Shown piece by piece: positions 17,836 through 27,146 of a stretch of 64,000 nucleotides of DNA (position 1 is its first letter; every line of letters starts with the position of its first letter). Source of the DNA: Patescibacteria group bacterium (lineage in GTDB: Bacteria; Patescibacteriota; Microgenomatia; UBA8517); the NCBI GenBank assembly GCA_041742135.1, contig JBGSJG010000004.1:235773-299772 (forward strand), in the 5' to 3' direction. Position numbers and translations under genes: made by a program. Under the pieces are notes generated by a model. It was not told the origin of the DNA. It made no database searches and saw only the letters and a program-made list of their open reading frames with translations.

Positions 17836-18489
17836 ATGGCAAAAGATGGTGAAGGCAGACCTGAACTCGAAGAACGTGTTGCTGTGGTTGACGCATGGTT
17901 TAAACATTTGGCAGAGAATCACGTAGCAGGTGAAATCGATCGCGAGGTGCTCCGTGAAGTCCTCGAATCGTGTGGGGCAAACTTCGACATTGAGCCGTCC
18001 GCGAAAGAAAAGCTGGGCAGAGAGCATTACTCTTCAAATGCTCTAAGAAAGTCTGTGGCTGCGGTCTGGGGAGATAAGTACGACAGATTTGTTAGTTGGG
18101 TGAAAGGATATGTCAATCAAATGCAAGACGAAGGGGATGAAGTCCCAGCTTTGGAATCGGGTAAAAAACACATTGGATTTACTGGACTGCTGGAGGAATT
18201 AACTGCTTATGCTGCAACTGACGAGGAAGAATTTAGCGCTACAGATTTTGCTACGCGAGTCACGGCACGAGCTTGGAATGGCTACATGAGATACGAGCTT
18301 GGAGACAAAAGGAAAGACGTTAGGATGCATATAATTGTCCCAGGATACAACACTGTAGTCTATGAATTTGATGGACAAGAGGGAGACACTCGGACTGGCG
18401 AAATGCCTTTTGCCTCGCTCGGTTTCCCACCTAAATTTGCAACAGCAGCTTGGGAAGAAATAACTTCTTGGGGCACTAAAAAACCCTGA
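17836..18489 (+). CDS. Hypothetical protein, last gene of the ATP-grasp operon
   Basis: It is a 217-aa ORF starting 2 nt after the methyltransferase stop. No recognisable motifs. Confidence 0.4.
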   Translation: MAKDGEGRPELEERVAVVDAWFKHLAENHVAGEIDREVLREVLESCGANFDIEPSAKEKLGREHYSSNALRKSVAAVWGDKYDRFVSWVKGYVNQMQDEGDEVPALESGKKHIGFTGLLEELTAYAATDEEEFSATDFATRVTARAWNGYMRYELGDKRKDVRMHIIVPGYNTVVYEFDGQEGDTRTGEMPFASLGFPPKFATAAWEEITSWGTKKP

Positions 18490-18523
18490 TTTTCATCAGG
18501 GTTTAATTAGCTTCGAAGCTAAA

Positions 18524-18937
18524 TTACTTAACTTCTACTGTTGCACCTGCGGCTTTAAGTTTCTCGGCTGCTTCTTTAACCTCTTCAGGTTTAGCATCTT
18601 TGAGAATTTCTGCCGGTAAGTTTTCAGTCATATCTTTTGCTTCTTTGAGTCCCCAATTTTGGTTGATCTCACGAAGAGCTTTGATGACTGCAATTTTCTG
18701 CTCACCTGCGGCGGTCATAACCAAATTTCCGCCACCTGCGGCTGCTTCGGGCTCTGCATCACCTGCGGCTGCTCCCGCTACTGGGGCTGCGGCGGCCACG
18801 GGCATCGCACTAACTCCGAATTTTTCTTGCAAAGCGGTAACTAGCTCTGAAAGTTCTAACACCGTAAGTGCTGAAACTTCCTCAACTAATTTTTCAACGT
18901 TTTTGCTTAATTTAATTTCCTTTGATTCATCTGCCAT
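18524..18937 (-). CDS. rplL: 50S ribosomal protein L7/L12
   Basis: EKFGVSAMPVAAAAP... Ala-rich hinge ...KIAVIKALREI...GLKEAKD...KLKAAGATVEVK. Confidence 0.9.
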   Translation of the reverse strand: MADESKEIKLSKNVEKLVEEVSALTVLELSELVTALQEKFGVSAMPVAAAAPVAGAAAGDAEPEAAAGGGNLVMTAAGEQKIAVIKALREINQNWGLKEAKDMTENLPAEILKDAKPEEVKEAAEKLKAAGATVEVK

Positions 18938-18953
18938 CTGAAATCACCCCCCT

Positions 18954-19517
18954 TTAACTCGCTTTAATACGAGCTTGATCTAAAATAAAAACTAATTTCT
19001 GTAAATTTGCATTCAAGGTTCCCACCAAGCCATAAAGAGGCGAGGCGATTGCACCAATTGCATTTGCCTGAAGCTGGATTTTGGATGGCAACTGTGAAAT
19101 ACGAACAACTCCGTTTTGATCCTGATAAACGCCATCAACTACACCTGACTTAATTTTTGGAATTTCATTGTCTTTTGCAAACTTGCCGAGTACTTGGATT
19201 GAGGCAACTGCGTCTTCACCGGAGAGGACCATTGCTGTTTGGTTAACCAAAACATCAGGATTTTGAATTTCTTCTGGGAGTTTGGCTTCGGCTGCAGCGA
19301 GCTTGACCAAAGTATTTTTGGCTACGAAAAACTTTCCACCAACCTCACGGAGTTTGGCTTTAAAAGTATCTTGCATTTCCATTCCCATACCTGTGTAGTC
19401 CACAAACACTACAGATTTGGCCTCAGAAAGTTTATCGGCCAAGGTACTTACGTAGTCCTTTTTGTCTTGTTTGATTGTTGCTTTAGGTGTCATTTTTTCA
19501 AAAAAAATCCTCGCCAA
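18954..19517 (-). CDS. rplJ: 50S ribosomal protein L10
   Basis: It is 187 aa with the L10 fold pattern, immediately upstream of rplL. Confidence 0.9.
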   Translation of the reverse strand: MARIFFEKMTPKATIKQDKKDYVSTLADKLSEAKSVVFVDYTGMGMEMQDTFKAKLREVGGKFFVAKNTLVKLAAAEAKLPEEIQNPDVLVNQTAMVLSGEDAVASIQVLGKFAKDNEIPKIKSGVVDGVYQDQNGVVRISQLPSKIQLQANAIGAIASPLYGLVGTLNANLQKLVFILDQARIKAS

Positions 19518-19560
19518 AGCGAGGTTAAAGTAATATTACCTCGGAAGGACTTACCTTTAT
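19518..19560 (-). promoter_or_regulatory. Stem-loop (cctcgc-caaa-gcgagg) in the rplJ 5' leader; possible L10(L12)4 autoregulatory element
   Basis: A perfect 6-bp inverted repeat lies immediately upstream of the rplJ start. Confidence 0.3.
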
Positions 19561-19667
19561 GCCTTCTGTCTTTGGTGTTTGAATTATAACTGATTTGCCT
19601 TAAAATGCAAATACGAGGCAATTTCCAAAATGCCAATACCTTTCGCCACGTCCACTTTTATTCCAGT

Positions 19668-20288
19668 TTACTGAAATATCTTTCGTATTTTTACTTCTTG
19701 GTACAGGAAGTAGCCCAGAAGTGTTCCAGATAAGGAGAGCGAAAATATAGAGAAATAAAGACCCATTGTCCCCAATCGGGTAAACGAAAATATAAAACCA
19801 GACAAAAGCAAATAAATTGATGATAAAAATAAACTGGTCACGAGCTGGTATGGATATGTCCTATTATATATTTGTGCAACTGCAAAAATGATACCCACTG
19901 GTATTGCAGAGAGGGAGATTGGAAGATTAGTTAATAGTTCAAACGTCGAAAGTAATTCTAATAGAGCTAGGCTGAAAAGGGCAGATATATACCCGGAGTA
20001 TATTAAGAAATGGCTAATCGGACTATGAAATAAGTGAGTGGCTATAAATTGTGTTTTAAACGCAGTAACCCTTCGCAGATTTGGTAAGGTAAATGCTTCG
20101 AGGACAACAGATGTTATGTAAATGCCGCTCCCGTAGCAGGTCAATCCTGTGACAAGTAAAAAAAATGAAGAAATTAATATAGAAATTGAAGCAGCTGGAA
20201 ATTTAAAATGCAAGATGCTGATAAACATAATTTGAAACAGCATGTATACAGCTGAAATAAGAAAGATATTGGCAAGAGTTAAAATCAT
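19668..20288 (-). CDS. Hypothetical polytopic membrane protein, about 33 % GC, inserted between rplA and rplJ
   Basis: It is a roughly 207-aa hydrophobic ORF starting from the internal Met MILTLANIFL. The ORF finder's 20477 start overlaps rplA and its first 60 aa look non-coding. Its GC is markedly lower than the flanking genes. Confidence 0.4.
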   Translation of the reverse strand: MILTLANIFLISAVYMLFQIMFISILHFKFPAASISILISSFFLLVTGLTCYGSGIYITSVVLEAFTLPNLRRVTAFKTQFIATHLFHSPISHFLIYSGYISALFSLALLELLSTFELLTNLPISLSAIPVGIIFAVAQIYNRTYPYQLVTSLFLSSIYLLLSGFIFSFTRLGTMGLYFSIFSLSLSGTLLGYFLYQEVKIRKIFQ

Positions 20289-20466
20289 AACTCGCCGTTG
20301 AGAAAACCCTCCCTCGCCATTTACTTGATGCTTCACTGTTTTGTTGCGAAAGTAAATATAAAGCGAGTTCCTATGAGTGTACCTAAAGATAAAATTAAAA
20401 GTACACGCTCGTGAATCAACATATACCTTATTTAAGCATGAAATGCTTTTGATCGTAAGAAGGTGT

Positions 20467-21222
20467 TTACTCAACAACCAGCTTCACAGAAGGGCCCATC
20501 GTGGCTTTTACGTACGCTTTGACGATTTGCTTTCGATTAATTGCATCCAAAAGCGCATTCAGGTTTTCAGTAAGTTCGCTGTCCTTCATGCTCAATTTGC
20601 CAACAACTGTGTGAATTAATGGAGCTGATTTTTCGGTTTTGATAGTGACTTTGCTTACATTAAATTTCGCGGCGTCTTTTTTGTCTTTGATAACAGTTCC
20701 GTTTTTGGGATTAGGCATAAGGCCGCGGGGACCCAAGACTCGGGCGTAGGAAACTAACTTTGGCATCATCTCAGCTGTAGCCAAAAGGATATCAAAATCA
20801 ATCTTTCCACTTTCAAGTTTTTTGATTGTGTTTTCATCCGCCACTTCAACAACTTTAATTCTGCCTGCTTGATGGGGAAGCTCGACGTTTACTGCGAGGC
20901 CTTCTTTTCGGACAACCAAATGTAGCTCAAGTGTTCCATCAAAACTTGATAGGGAAGTCTCGCGAGCTAAAGTAATAGCTTGGCTAATCTGGTAAAGCTT
21001 GGCGTGGTCAACTTTGGCTTTTGCCTCAAGATAATTTTTGCTACGTACTCTTGCTTTTTTGAGCTTTTTTGCGGCTTCAGACTCAGAAATGACTGGAGTT
21101 GCATCGATCATGGCTACACGCTCTCCGCCTTTTTGGCCGGCAACATGAATTTTCTCTTTTTTCTCTTTCTTTTCTTTTTTGGCGTCTAGGTCACCAATGA
21201 ATGCTGTTTTAGTTTTTCCCAT
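20467..21222 (-). CDS. rplA: 50S ribosomal protein L1
   Basis: It shows L1 family similarity throughout, with a K/E-rich N-terminus. Confidence 0.9.
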   Translation of the reverse strand: MGKTKTAFIGDLDAKKEKKEKKEKIHVAGQKGGERVAMIDATPVISESEAAKKLKKARVRSKNYLEAKAKVDHAKLYQISQAITLARETSLSSFDGTLELHLVVRKEGLAVNVELPHQAGRIKVVEVADENTIKKLESGKIDFDILLATAEMMPKLVSYARVLGPRGLMPNPKNGTVIKDKKDAAKFNVSKVTIKTEKSAPLIHTVVGKLSMKDSELTENLNALLDAINRKQIVKAYVKATMGPSVKLVVE

Positions 21223-21223
21223 A

Positions 21224-21649
21224 TTATTGTTCTACTTCCACTCCCATTGAGCGAGCTGTTCCTGCCACTATTTTCATCGCCGCTTCGACGTCATTTGCAT
21301 TCAAATCAGTCATTTTTTCTTTGGCAATTTCTTCGAGTTGGGTGCGAGAAAGCTTACCCACCTTGTCACGGTTCGGTACACCAGATCCTTTGGCCAAGTT
21401 AATTTTCTTTTTAATCATTTCAGAAACTGGAGGAGATTTAAGCTCAAAATCAAACGAGCGGTCTTGATAGATGGTAATGACAGCTGGAATAATCTGACCT
21501 TTTTTGTCAGCGGATTTTTCGTTGTAGGCTTTGACAAATTCCATAATAGCCACACCGTGTTGGCCTAAAATGGGTCCCAAGGGAGGTGCAGGAGTTGCTT
21601 CACCTGCAGGAAGGAGTACTTTTACTTTTGCTTTAATTACTTTTGCCAT
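21224..21649 (-). CDS. rplK: 50S ribosomal protein L11
   Basis: [43 protein letters not shown] is canonical L11. Confidence 0.9.
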   Translation of the reverse strand: MAKVIKAKVKVLLPAGEATPAPPLGPILGQHGVAIMEFVKAYNEKSADKKGQIIPAVITIYQDRSFDFELKSPPVSEMIKKKINLAKGSGVPNRDKVGKLSRTQLEEIAKEKMTDLNANDVEAAMKIVAGTARSMGVEVEQ

Positions 21650-21731
21650 ATCGATTTATAAATCTCCCTCAAGAAACTCGAAGTTAAGTGAGGTGAAAGT
21701 ATTATAGCTGATTTGGCCAGTAAATCAAACC

Positions 21732-22370
21732 CTATTCTCGTGATTTACTTAAGCTGCGAACCAAATTTGCAAGTTCACTGGAAAAGTTGTTTAGCACCAC
21801 TCTTTTATCATCTTTTGGCATAGTATCCCACGGGCTAGATGTTTCTGGTATTTTAACCTTTTTACCATCCTGATCTTCCATTTCGACAAACCTGCCAGTG
21901 GGTTTGTGAGCGAAATTCGCGTCGTAAATTGATGCTAGTTGGTTTATGTGATCATTATTCTCAACAAACATTGACAGCATATCTATGCCAGAATATGCCT
22001 CGGTAATCGAGCTGGCTTTAGCCTTGTTTTGACCCAAGTATGACTTAAATTGTCTTCCAGCTTGAGATCCATATTTTTCCTGTAGTTCTTTTTCGTTTCG
22101 CTTTACCCAATCTCTTCTTGCGTCATGATTTGGAAAGTCATCTAAAATTATAGGTTTTTCTAGATAATCTACCACGGAGTTCATGACGTCAACTGCGGTC
22201 GGCAACAAATCTTCGGGAATGCTTGTTGAGCTAAAATCAAACTTCCTAGAGACGCCGTACGATACAGCAGGTGTAACTTCAAAACCCGGAGCAGATTTAA
22301 GTGCTAGCTCTATGGCTATTTGCTCTTCGCTTGGTTGAGCATCGGGAGGGGTAGGTATGTCATCTGACAT
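21732..22370 (-). CDS. Hypothetical acidic protein located between nusG and rplK
   Basis: It is a 212-aa ORF that starts 6 nt after the nusG stop. A hairpin gtaaatca...tgatttac follows its stop. Confidence 0.5.
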   Translation of the reverse strand: MSDDIPTPPDAQPSEEQIAIELALKSAPGFEVTPAVSYGVSRKFDFSSTSIPEDLLPTAVDVMNSVVDYLEKPIILDDFPNHDARRDWVKRNEKELQEKYGSQAGRQFKSYLGQNKAKASSITEAYSGIDMLSMFVENNDHINQLASIYDANFAHKPTGRFVEMEDQDGKKVKIPETSSPWDTMPKDDKRVVLNNFSSELANLVRSLSKSRE

Positions 22371-22376
22371 AGCTAA

Positions 22377-23006
22377 TTAAACCTTTTGTACCTGAAGAAA
22401 GTCAAGCTCTACTGGAGTTTCTCGGCCAAAGATACTGACCAAGACTTTTACTTTTCCTTTTGTTTCATCTACTTCATTAATTGTTCCCAAGAAATCACTG
22501 AAAGGTCCGTCTGTAATTTTGACAGCTTCGCCAACTGACAATTTTGTTTTAAATCTTGGAGCCGGGGAGCTTATAAATTTCTGGATGTTACTAACTTCAA
22601 GCTCGGAAAGGGGAGTTGGTTTATCGCCAATACCCACGAAGCCTGTGATTCCCGGAGTTGTACGCACAGCGAGCCAAGTATTATCATCCAAAAGCATTTT
22701 AATTAACATGTAGCCGGGGAAAATCTTTTCTTTGATCGTGGCTTTTTTGCCTCCACGAACGATGATTTTGTCTTGGGTTGGAACCAAAAGCTCAAAAACA
22801 CGCTCGGTGAGGCCCATGGTTTCCACCCTTTGGCGCAAAGTTTCAGACACACGAGCTTCGTGGCCACTTATTGTGTGGACCACAAACCACTTGGCGTTTT
22901 CATCAAAATTTTTATTGATGATGATGTGGCCGGGAATTTTTTTCTTGCCCATGCCTTTTTCATCAACGCCTTCAGGCTTTTCTGTGTTATGTATGTTTTT
23001 GTCCAT
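22377..23006 (-). CDS. nusG: Transcription termination/antitermination factor NusG with an N-terminal extension
   Basis: [15 protein letters not shown] is the NGN domain. A KOW-like C-terminus follows: [22 protein letters not shown]. Confidence 0.85.
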   Translation of the reverse strand: MDKNIHNTEKPEGVDEKGMGKKKIPGHIIINKNFDENAKWFVVHTISGHEARVSETLRQRVETMGLTERVFELLVPTQDKIIVRGGKKATIKEKIFPGYMLIKMLLDDNTWLAVRTTPGITGFVGIGDKPTPLSELEVSNIQKFISSPAPRFKTKLSVGEAVKITDGPFSDFLGTINEVDETKGKVKVLVSIFGRETPVELDFLQVQKV

Positions 23007-23019
23007 ATTTTAGGGCTGC

Positions 23020-23205
23020 TTAGCGCGACAAGAGCAATTCTAATGCACGAGCGAACGTATAGTCAAGCGCACCGACATAAGCACTCACCAAAATCGAAAT
23101 TGCAACCACAGTGCCTGTGAGCTTTAGCACCTCTGCACGCTTCGGCCAAACTACTTTTAAGAGCTCTTCACGTACACCGCGAAAATAACTAGTTACCGCG
23201 TTCAT
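23020..23205 (-). CDS. secE: Preprotein translocase subunit SecE
   Basis: It is 61 aa with a single TM. VREELLKVVWPKRAEV is SecE-like, and it sits directly upstream of nusG. Confidence 0.7.
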   Translation of the reverse strand: MNAVTSYFRGVREELLKVVWPKRAEVLKLTGTVVAISILVSAYVGALDYTFARALELLLSR

Positions 23206-23280
23206 CTGAATGAGGGTATTTTAACATAGTGGTTGTGCAAATCCAACATCATAAGATATTTGCTGTGATAATATATATTT

Positions 23281-24390
23281 ATGTCTGAAACTGGGTTGGA
23301 AGAAGCTATGGGGATGCGGTCCGCTGAAACAGTGCTTGTACCGGAAAATCCGTCACCTTTGGCAATTAATGCCTTAAATTCTGTTTATTACGGATCATGT
23401 CCTGAGGCTTTCGATGGTGGCGGTGTGGCAACTTTCTACAATCGCCCTGAAATACAAACCGCTATAGCCAGAACCATTGAAGAAAAGGCTGGTCGTGGTG
23501 ATGCTATCCGCGTTAAGGAAATTATGGCCGGGAGTAACACTGACAAGGTGCGCGCATTGGCTCAGGGATTTAGCTCAGACAGTAACGTAGAAATTGTTGT
23601 AACTGATTTCTCTACTAATTCCTTGCCGACAGTTGACAATATTCCGAATTTGAACGTTACAGTTCGAGGTGAGCAGTTGAATATTTTTTCTCCTTTACCT
23701 GAACTTCCACCCGAGCAGCGGGTAGACGCAATGATTGCGTCCTATGGATTTGACAGTGTATGGTTGCCAGGAGATACGAGATTGGTTAAGCGTTCAGGTA
23801 CATGGTACCAATCCAATTACCAAATTGAAGTTCCAGTGGATGACCCAGATCTTGTTAATGCCATTCGTTCTGGTTCATCGGCCAGCGAGATCTCGTTGAG
23901 CCGTTTTGCAGGCGTAGGCGTTGTTGAGACAGAATCCCCAGTTGAAATTTCTTCTGTGCCTTTCGGAGCTGAGGTTGAGGCAAGATACGATGTAGCCAGA
24001 AATCGGCATAGCGTGCCTTACGTTAACATCCCCGGTGGATTAATATCTAAAGTCCAAGAAGCGTTTGACACTCAACTGAAGCCCGACGGCATTTTTATTA
24101 TTGGTGACACAGCGGTTGATGACCCCCGAGGCTTTGAGGGTTTTAGCCCTGAGACAGGTGACTTTTCTGCACCGAAGGTTATGGGCATCGAGCCGACGGG
24201 TATGGTTGCTAGGTATAAAACAGAAGATTGGGGCGTCGCTCGCGAGGTTTTGGAAAACAAAGGATTTGCAGTAGAAGTCCAAACTGTTAATGAGTTTACC
24301 GCTAGTGCTGGGGTCGCCATGGAGAGAGTCCCTGCTAGTCAAAAAATTATGATTATCTCAAAGAATCAATCAAACACACGCCAGTCTTAA
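23281..24390 (+). CDS. Hypothetical protein (369 aa)
   Basis: It is a long ORF with a soluble, Asp/Glu-rich composition. No motif recognised. Confidence 0.45.
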   Translation: MSETGLEEAMGMRSAETVLVPENPSPLAINALNSVYYGSCPEAFDGGGVATFYNRPEIQTAIARTIEEKAGRGDAIRVKEIMAGSNTDKVRALAQGFSSDSNVEIVVTDFSTNSLPTVDNIPNLNVTVRGEQLNIFSPLPELPPEQRVDAMIASYGFDSVWLPGDTRLVKRSGTWYQSNYQIEVPVDDPDLVNAIRSGSSASEISLSRFAGVGVVETESPVEISSVPFGAEVEARYDVARNRHSVPYVNIPGGLISKVQEAFDTQLKPDGIFIIGDTAVDDPRGFEGFSPETGDFSAPKVMGIEPTGMVARYKTEDWGVAREVLENKGFAVEVQTVNEFTASAGVAMERVPASQKIMIISKNQSNTRQS

Positions 24391-24403
24391 GCCTAAAAAC
24401 GGC

Positions 24404-24498
24404 TTTTGGGACGAAGGCCTTCAGTTTGCAGCTGGTACATATGAAGTGGGAAGGGGAGTTTTGGCAGGGCCAGTTGTGGTGGGTTGGGACTACCTGTG
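24404..24498 (+). pseudogene. Start-less fragment duplicating the rnhB N-terminus (about 31 codons)
   Basis: It reads FWDEGLQFAAGTYEVGRGVLAGPVVVGWDYL*, against genuine RnhB FWNKSLNIIAGADEVGRGALAGPVVAAAVVF. It contains an exact 19-nt DNA match, ttggcagggccagttgtgg. Confidence 0.5.
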
Positions 24499-24836
24499 AA
24501 TTACTATAAAAGGATAATTTATGGTAAAATGACACGATGAGTGAAGGACAAGATCAAAATCCAAATTCAGGTTGGGAAAATTACAATGGCCCAGACAGGC
24601 CGTTATCTGAACCTGTTTCGTCTGCCCAGAGTCAAGGTGACCAACAGCAAGAAAGGCCTTGGGGTGGAAGGCACAACAATTTAACAGCAAGAATAGCCAG
24701 CGATGAACAGACACAATCAGTGCCGTTGGCTGAAGTTCCAATCGGACCAGTAAGGAGAATGCCCGGTGACAGGGGGGTTGGGGATGATGTTCTTAAAGCA
24801 GTTGAGGGTTTTGACCCAGATACTTTCGAATAGGCT

Positions 24837-25532
24837 ATGCAGCCTAACTTCACTTTTGAATCCTCATTTTGGAATAAATCTTTAAATATTATCGCGGGGG
24901 CAGATGAAGTGGGTAGAGGTGCCTTGGCAGGGCCAGTTGTGGCAGCGGCAGTTGTCTTTGATCCATCGTCGTTCTCGTTTTCCTCGGGGCCCTTCCAGGG
25001 CAGCCAGAAAACTGCGAGCGACTGGATGGATCAAATTGTAATCCGAGACTCCAAGAAAATGACCGCAAGGCAGAGAGAAATTTCTTCAGTTTGGATAAAA
25101 GAGAACGCTCGGGCATTTGGAATTGGAGAGGCGAGTGTGAATGAAATAAATACGCTTGGAATCGTAGGTGCGACTAATCGAGCTTATAGGCGTGCAATAG
25201 CTAAAATGAGTTGTAAAATTGATCATTTAATTGTTGACGCATTTTATGTGCCGCGCCTTCCGGGACTTCCAAAAAAGAACCAAACAGCTATTGTCCGAGG
25301 AGATAGTTTAATCTTCTCAATTTCAGCAGCTTCGATAATTGCAAAAGTTTACCGTGATAACCTGATGTGCGAGCTTTCAGAAAGATTCACAAGTTATCTT
25401 TGGGATAAAAATAAAGGTTATGGGACAGCAGAGCACACAAAAGCAATCCAGAGTATTGGAACTTGCAAACACCACAGGAGAGACTTTGTAAAAATGAGCC
25501 TACGGCTTAAGCCTTTTGCTTTTCGAGAGTAA
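24837..25532 (+). CDS. rnhB: Ribonuclease HII
   Basis: IAGADEVGRGALAGPVVAAAVVF is the catalytic DEDD N-terminal motif. Confidence 0.85.
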   Translation: MQPNFTFESSFWNKSLNIIAGADEVGRGALAGPVVAAAVVFDPSSFSFSSGPFQGSQKTASDWMDQIVIRDSKKMTARQREISSVWIKENARAFGIGEASVNEINTLGIVGATNRAYRRAIAKMSCKIDHLIVDAFYVPRLPGLPKKNQTAIVRGDSLIFSISAASIIAKVYRDNLMCELSERFTSYLWDKNKGYGTAEHTKAIQSIGTCKHHRRDFVKMSLRLKPFAFRE

Positions 25533-25698
25533 TCAAATGCCTGATTCTGTACTTTTTCTCTTTGCGTTTTTCGGAATTACTTTTAAAGCGCTCGCGCTCG
25601 CGATACTCCAAAAGTAGCCCGCTTGAAAGAACTTTTTTACGAAATCTTGCAATAAGCTTGTCATCACTCTCGCCTTTTAGTTTTTTAACTGAAACCAT
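25507..25698 (-). CDS. rpsU: 30S ribosomal protein S21
   Basis: MVSVKKLKGESDDKLIARFRKKV...EKRKEKKYRIRH. It overlaps the rnhB 3' end by 26 nt, convergently. Confidence 0.8.
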   Translation of the reverse strand: MVSVKKLKGESDDKLIARFRKKVLSSGLLLEYRERERFKSNSEKRKEKKYRIRHLITLEKQKA

Positions 25699-25840
25699 AA
25701 TAAAAAAATCGCCCCCCTTCGCTGAAGCTTCGGAGGGGTAAACCTCCTTGGCTTACTCATAATAGAGTTGCCGCAATTATATCATAATTCTTAGGATTTC
25801 TGGACTATCAAAAGTGTGATATAGTTTGTTTGTGAAAGCC

Positions 25841-26839
25841 ATGCGCGCCTTGATTACAGGAATAACTGGCCAGGATGGCTCGTACTTGGCAGAGCTTTTG
25901 CTCGAAAAGGGTTATGAGGTAAGCGGCATCGTTCGCAAAACCAGCCACTTCCAATACGCCAACATTGGCCATATTCAAGATGAGCTTCAGCTTGTGTATG
26001 CAGATTTACTCGATCCGGTTTCCATCACCTCGGCCGTAAAGCTTGTAAAACCTGATGAAGTTTACAATTTAGCCTCACAAAGTGCCCCCGGGGAAAGCTT
26101 TAAGCAGCCAATTCATACTGCAGAAATTACAGCTATTGGAGCTCATCGTGTGCTTGAGGCCGTTCGCGATGTGGTCCCTGAAGCAAAATTTTACCAGGCC
26201 AGCTCGAGCGAAATGTTTGGCTGGGTACGCGAAATTCCCCAAACAGAGGAAACGCCAATGAATCCGGCAAACCCATATGCGGCCGCCAAACTGTACGCTC
26301 ACAATATTTCAAGAATTTATCGCAAAAGCTACAACATGAAGATTTCTTGTGGAATTTTATTTAATCACGAATCGCCCCGCCGAGGCTTGGGGTTTGTGAC
26401 CCAAAAAGTTGCCTACGCTGCAGCTTGTGCCAAGCTTGGGATTAAAACCTCGGAGCACTTAAACGAAGAAGGCGAGCCAATTATCAAAAATGGCAAGGTG
26501 GCCATGGGGAATCTTGAAGCTAAGCGCGATTGGGGCTTTGCTGGGGATTATGTTGAGGCCATGTGGGCAATGCTGGCAAAGGATAAATTTGAAGATTTCA
26601 TTGTGGCGACTGGTGAGGTCCATAGCATCAAAGAGCTTTGCGATGCGGCTTTTGGCTACGTTGGCAAAAATTGGGAAGATCATGTTTTTGTCGACGAGCG
26701 CTTTGTACGCCCTACGGAAACAGGTCCTTTGGTGGGAGATGCCAGTAAAGCCAAAAAAGAACTTGGCTGGGAGCCTAAGACAAAGTTTCCTGAGCTCGTG
26801 AAGATGATTGTAGATGCAAATATTGCTCGCCTGAAATAA
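25841..26839 (+). CDS. gmd: GDP-mannose 4,6-dehydratase
   Basis: MRALITGITGQDGSYLAELLLEKGYEV.G and the NHESPRRG segment are GMD hallmarks. Confidence 0.85.
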   Translation: MRALITGITGQDGSYLAELLLEKGYEVSGIVRKTSHFQYANIGHIQDELQLVYADLLDPVSITSAVKLVKPDEVYNLASQSAPGESFKQPIHTAEITAIGAHRVLEAVRDVVPEAKFYQASSSEMFGWVREIPQTEETPMNPANPYAAAKLYAHNISRIYRKSYNMKISCGILFNHESPRRGLGFVTQKVAYAAACAKLGIKTSEHLNEEGEPIIKNGKVAMGNLEAKRDWGFAGDYVEAMWAMLAKDKFEDFIVATGEVHSIKELCDAAFGYVGKNWEDHVFVDERFVRPTETGPLVGDASKAKKELGWEPKTKFPELVKMIVDANIARLK

Positions 26840-27082
26840 CTACAGCACAAACGCAATTAGCGCTCCACCGGCAATTAGAATGCCAAAGATAATGTAGAAA
26901 AATCCCCATGCGATGAGCTCGTCAATTTTTCGCACGTTATGGTGAGAGAGGTTATATTCCCGAAGCTCTTTGAGGGTTACGTTTTTGACTCCAATTAAAA
27001 TGAGGATGACTCCAGTCATTACGAAGCCGCCGACCCAAAGCTCGTTTTGGTTTTCAAGTTTTGATAAGAGTTCCATCAGCAT
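26840..27082 (-). CDS. Small two-helix membrane protein (hypothetical)
   Basis: 80-aa hydrophobic ORF. Confidence 0.3.
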   Translation of the reverse strand: MLMELLSKLENQNELWVGGFVMTGVILILIGVKNVTLKELREYNLSHHNVRKIDELIAWGFFYIIFGILIAGGALIAFVL

Positions 27083-27146
27083 TCTTTGTACATATCAAGT
27101 ATATCGCGATTTTCTTACCTTTGTATAACAGTACTATCACACATGC

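Noticed and set aside
18600-18941. 113-aa and 61-aa plus-strand ORFs antisense to rplL
   Set aside because: Their Ala/Ser-rich low-complexity translation comes from the GC-rich antisense of the L7/L12 hinge. rplL on the minus strand is clearly the real gene.
20289-20477. N-terminal 63 codons of the finder's 269-aa ORF upstream of the membrane protein
   Set aside because: The translation (MLSKHLLTIKSISCLNKVYVDSRACTFNF...) is non-protein-like and overlaps rplA. The start was moved to the internal Met.
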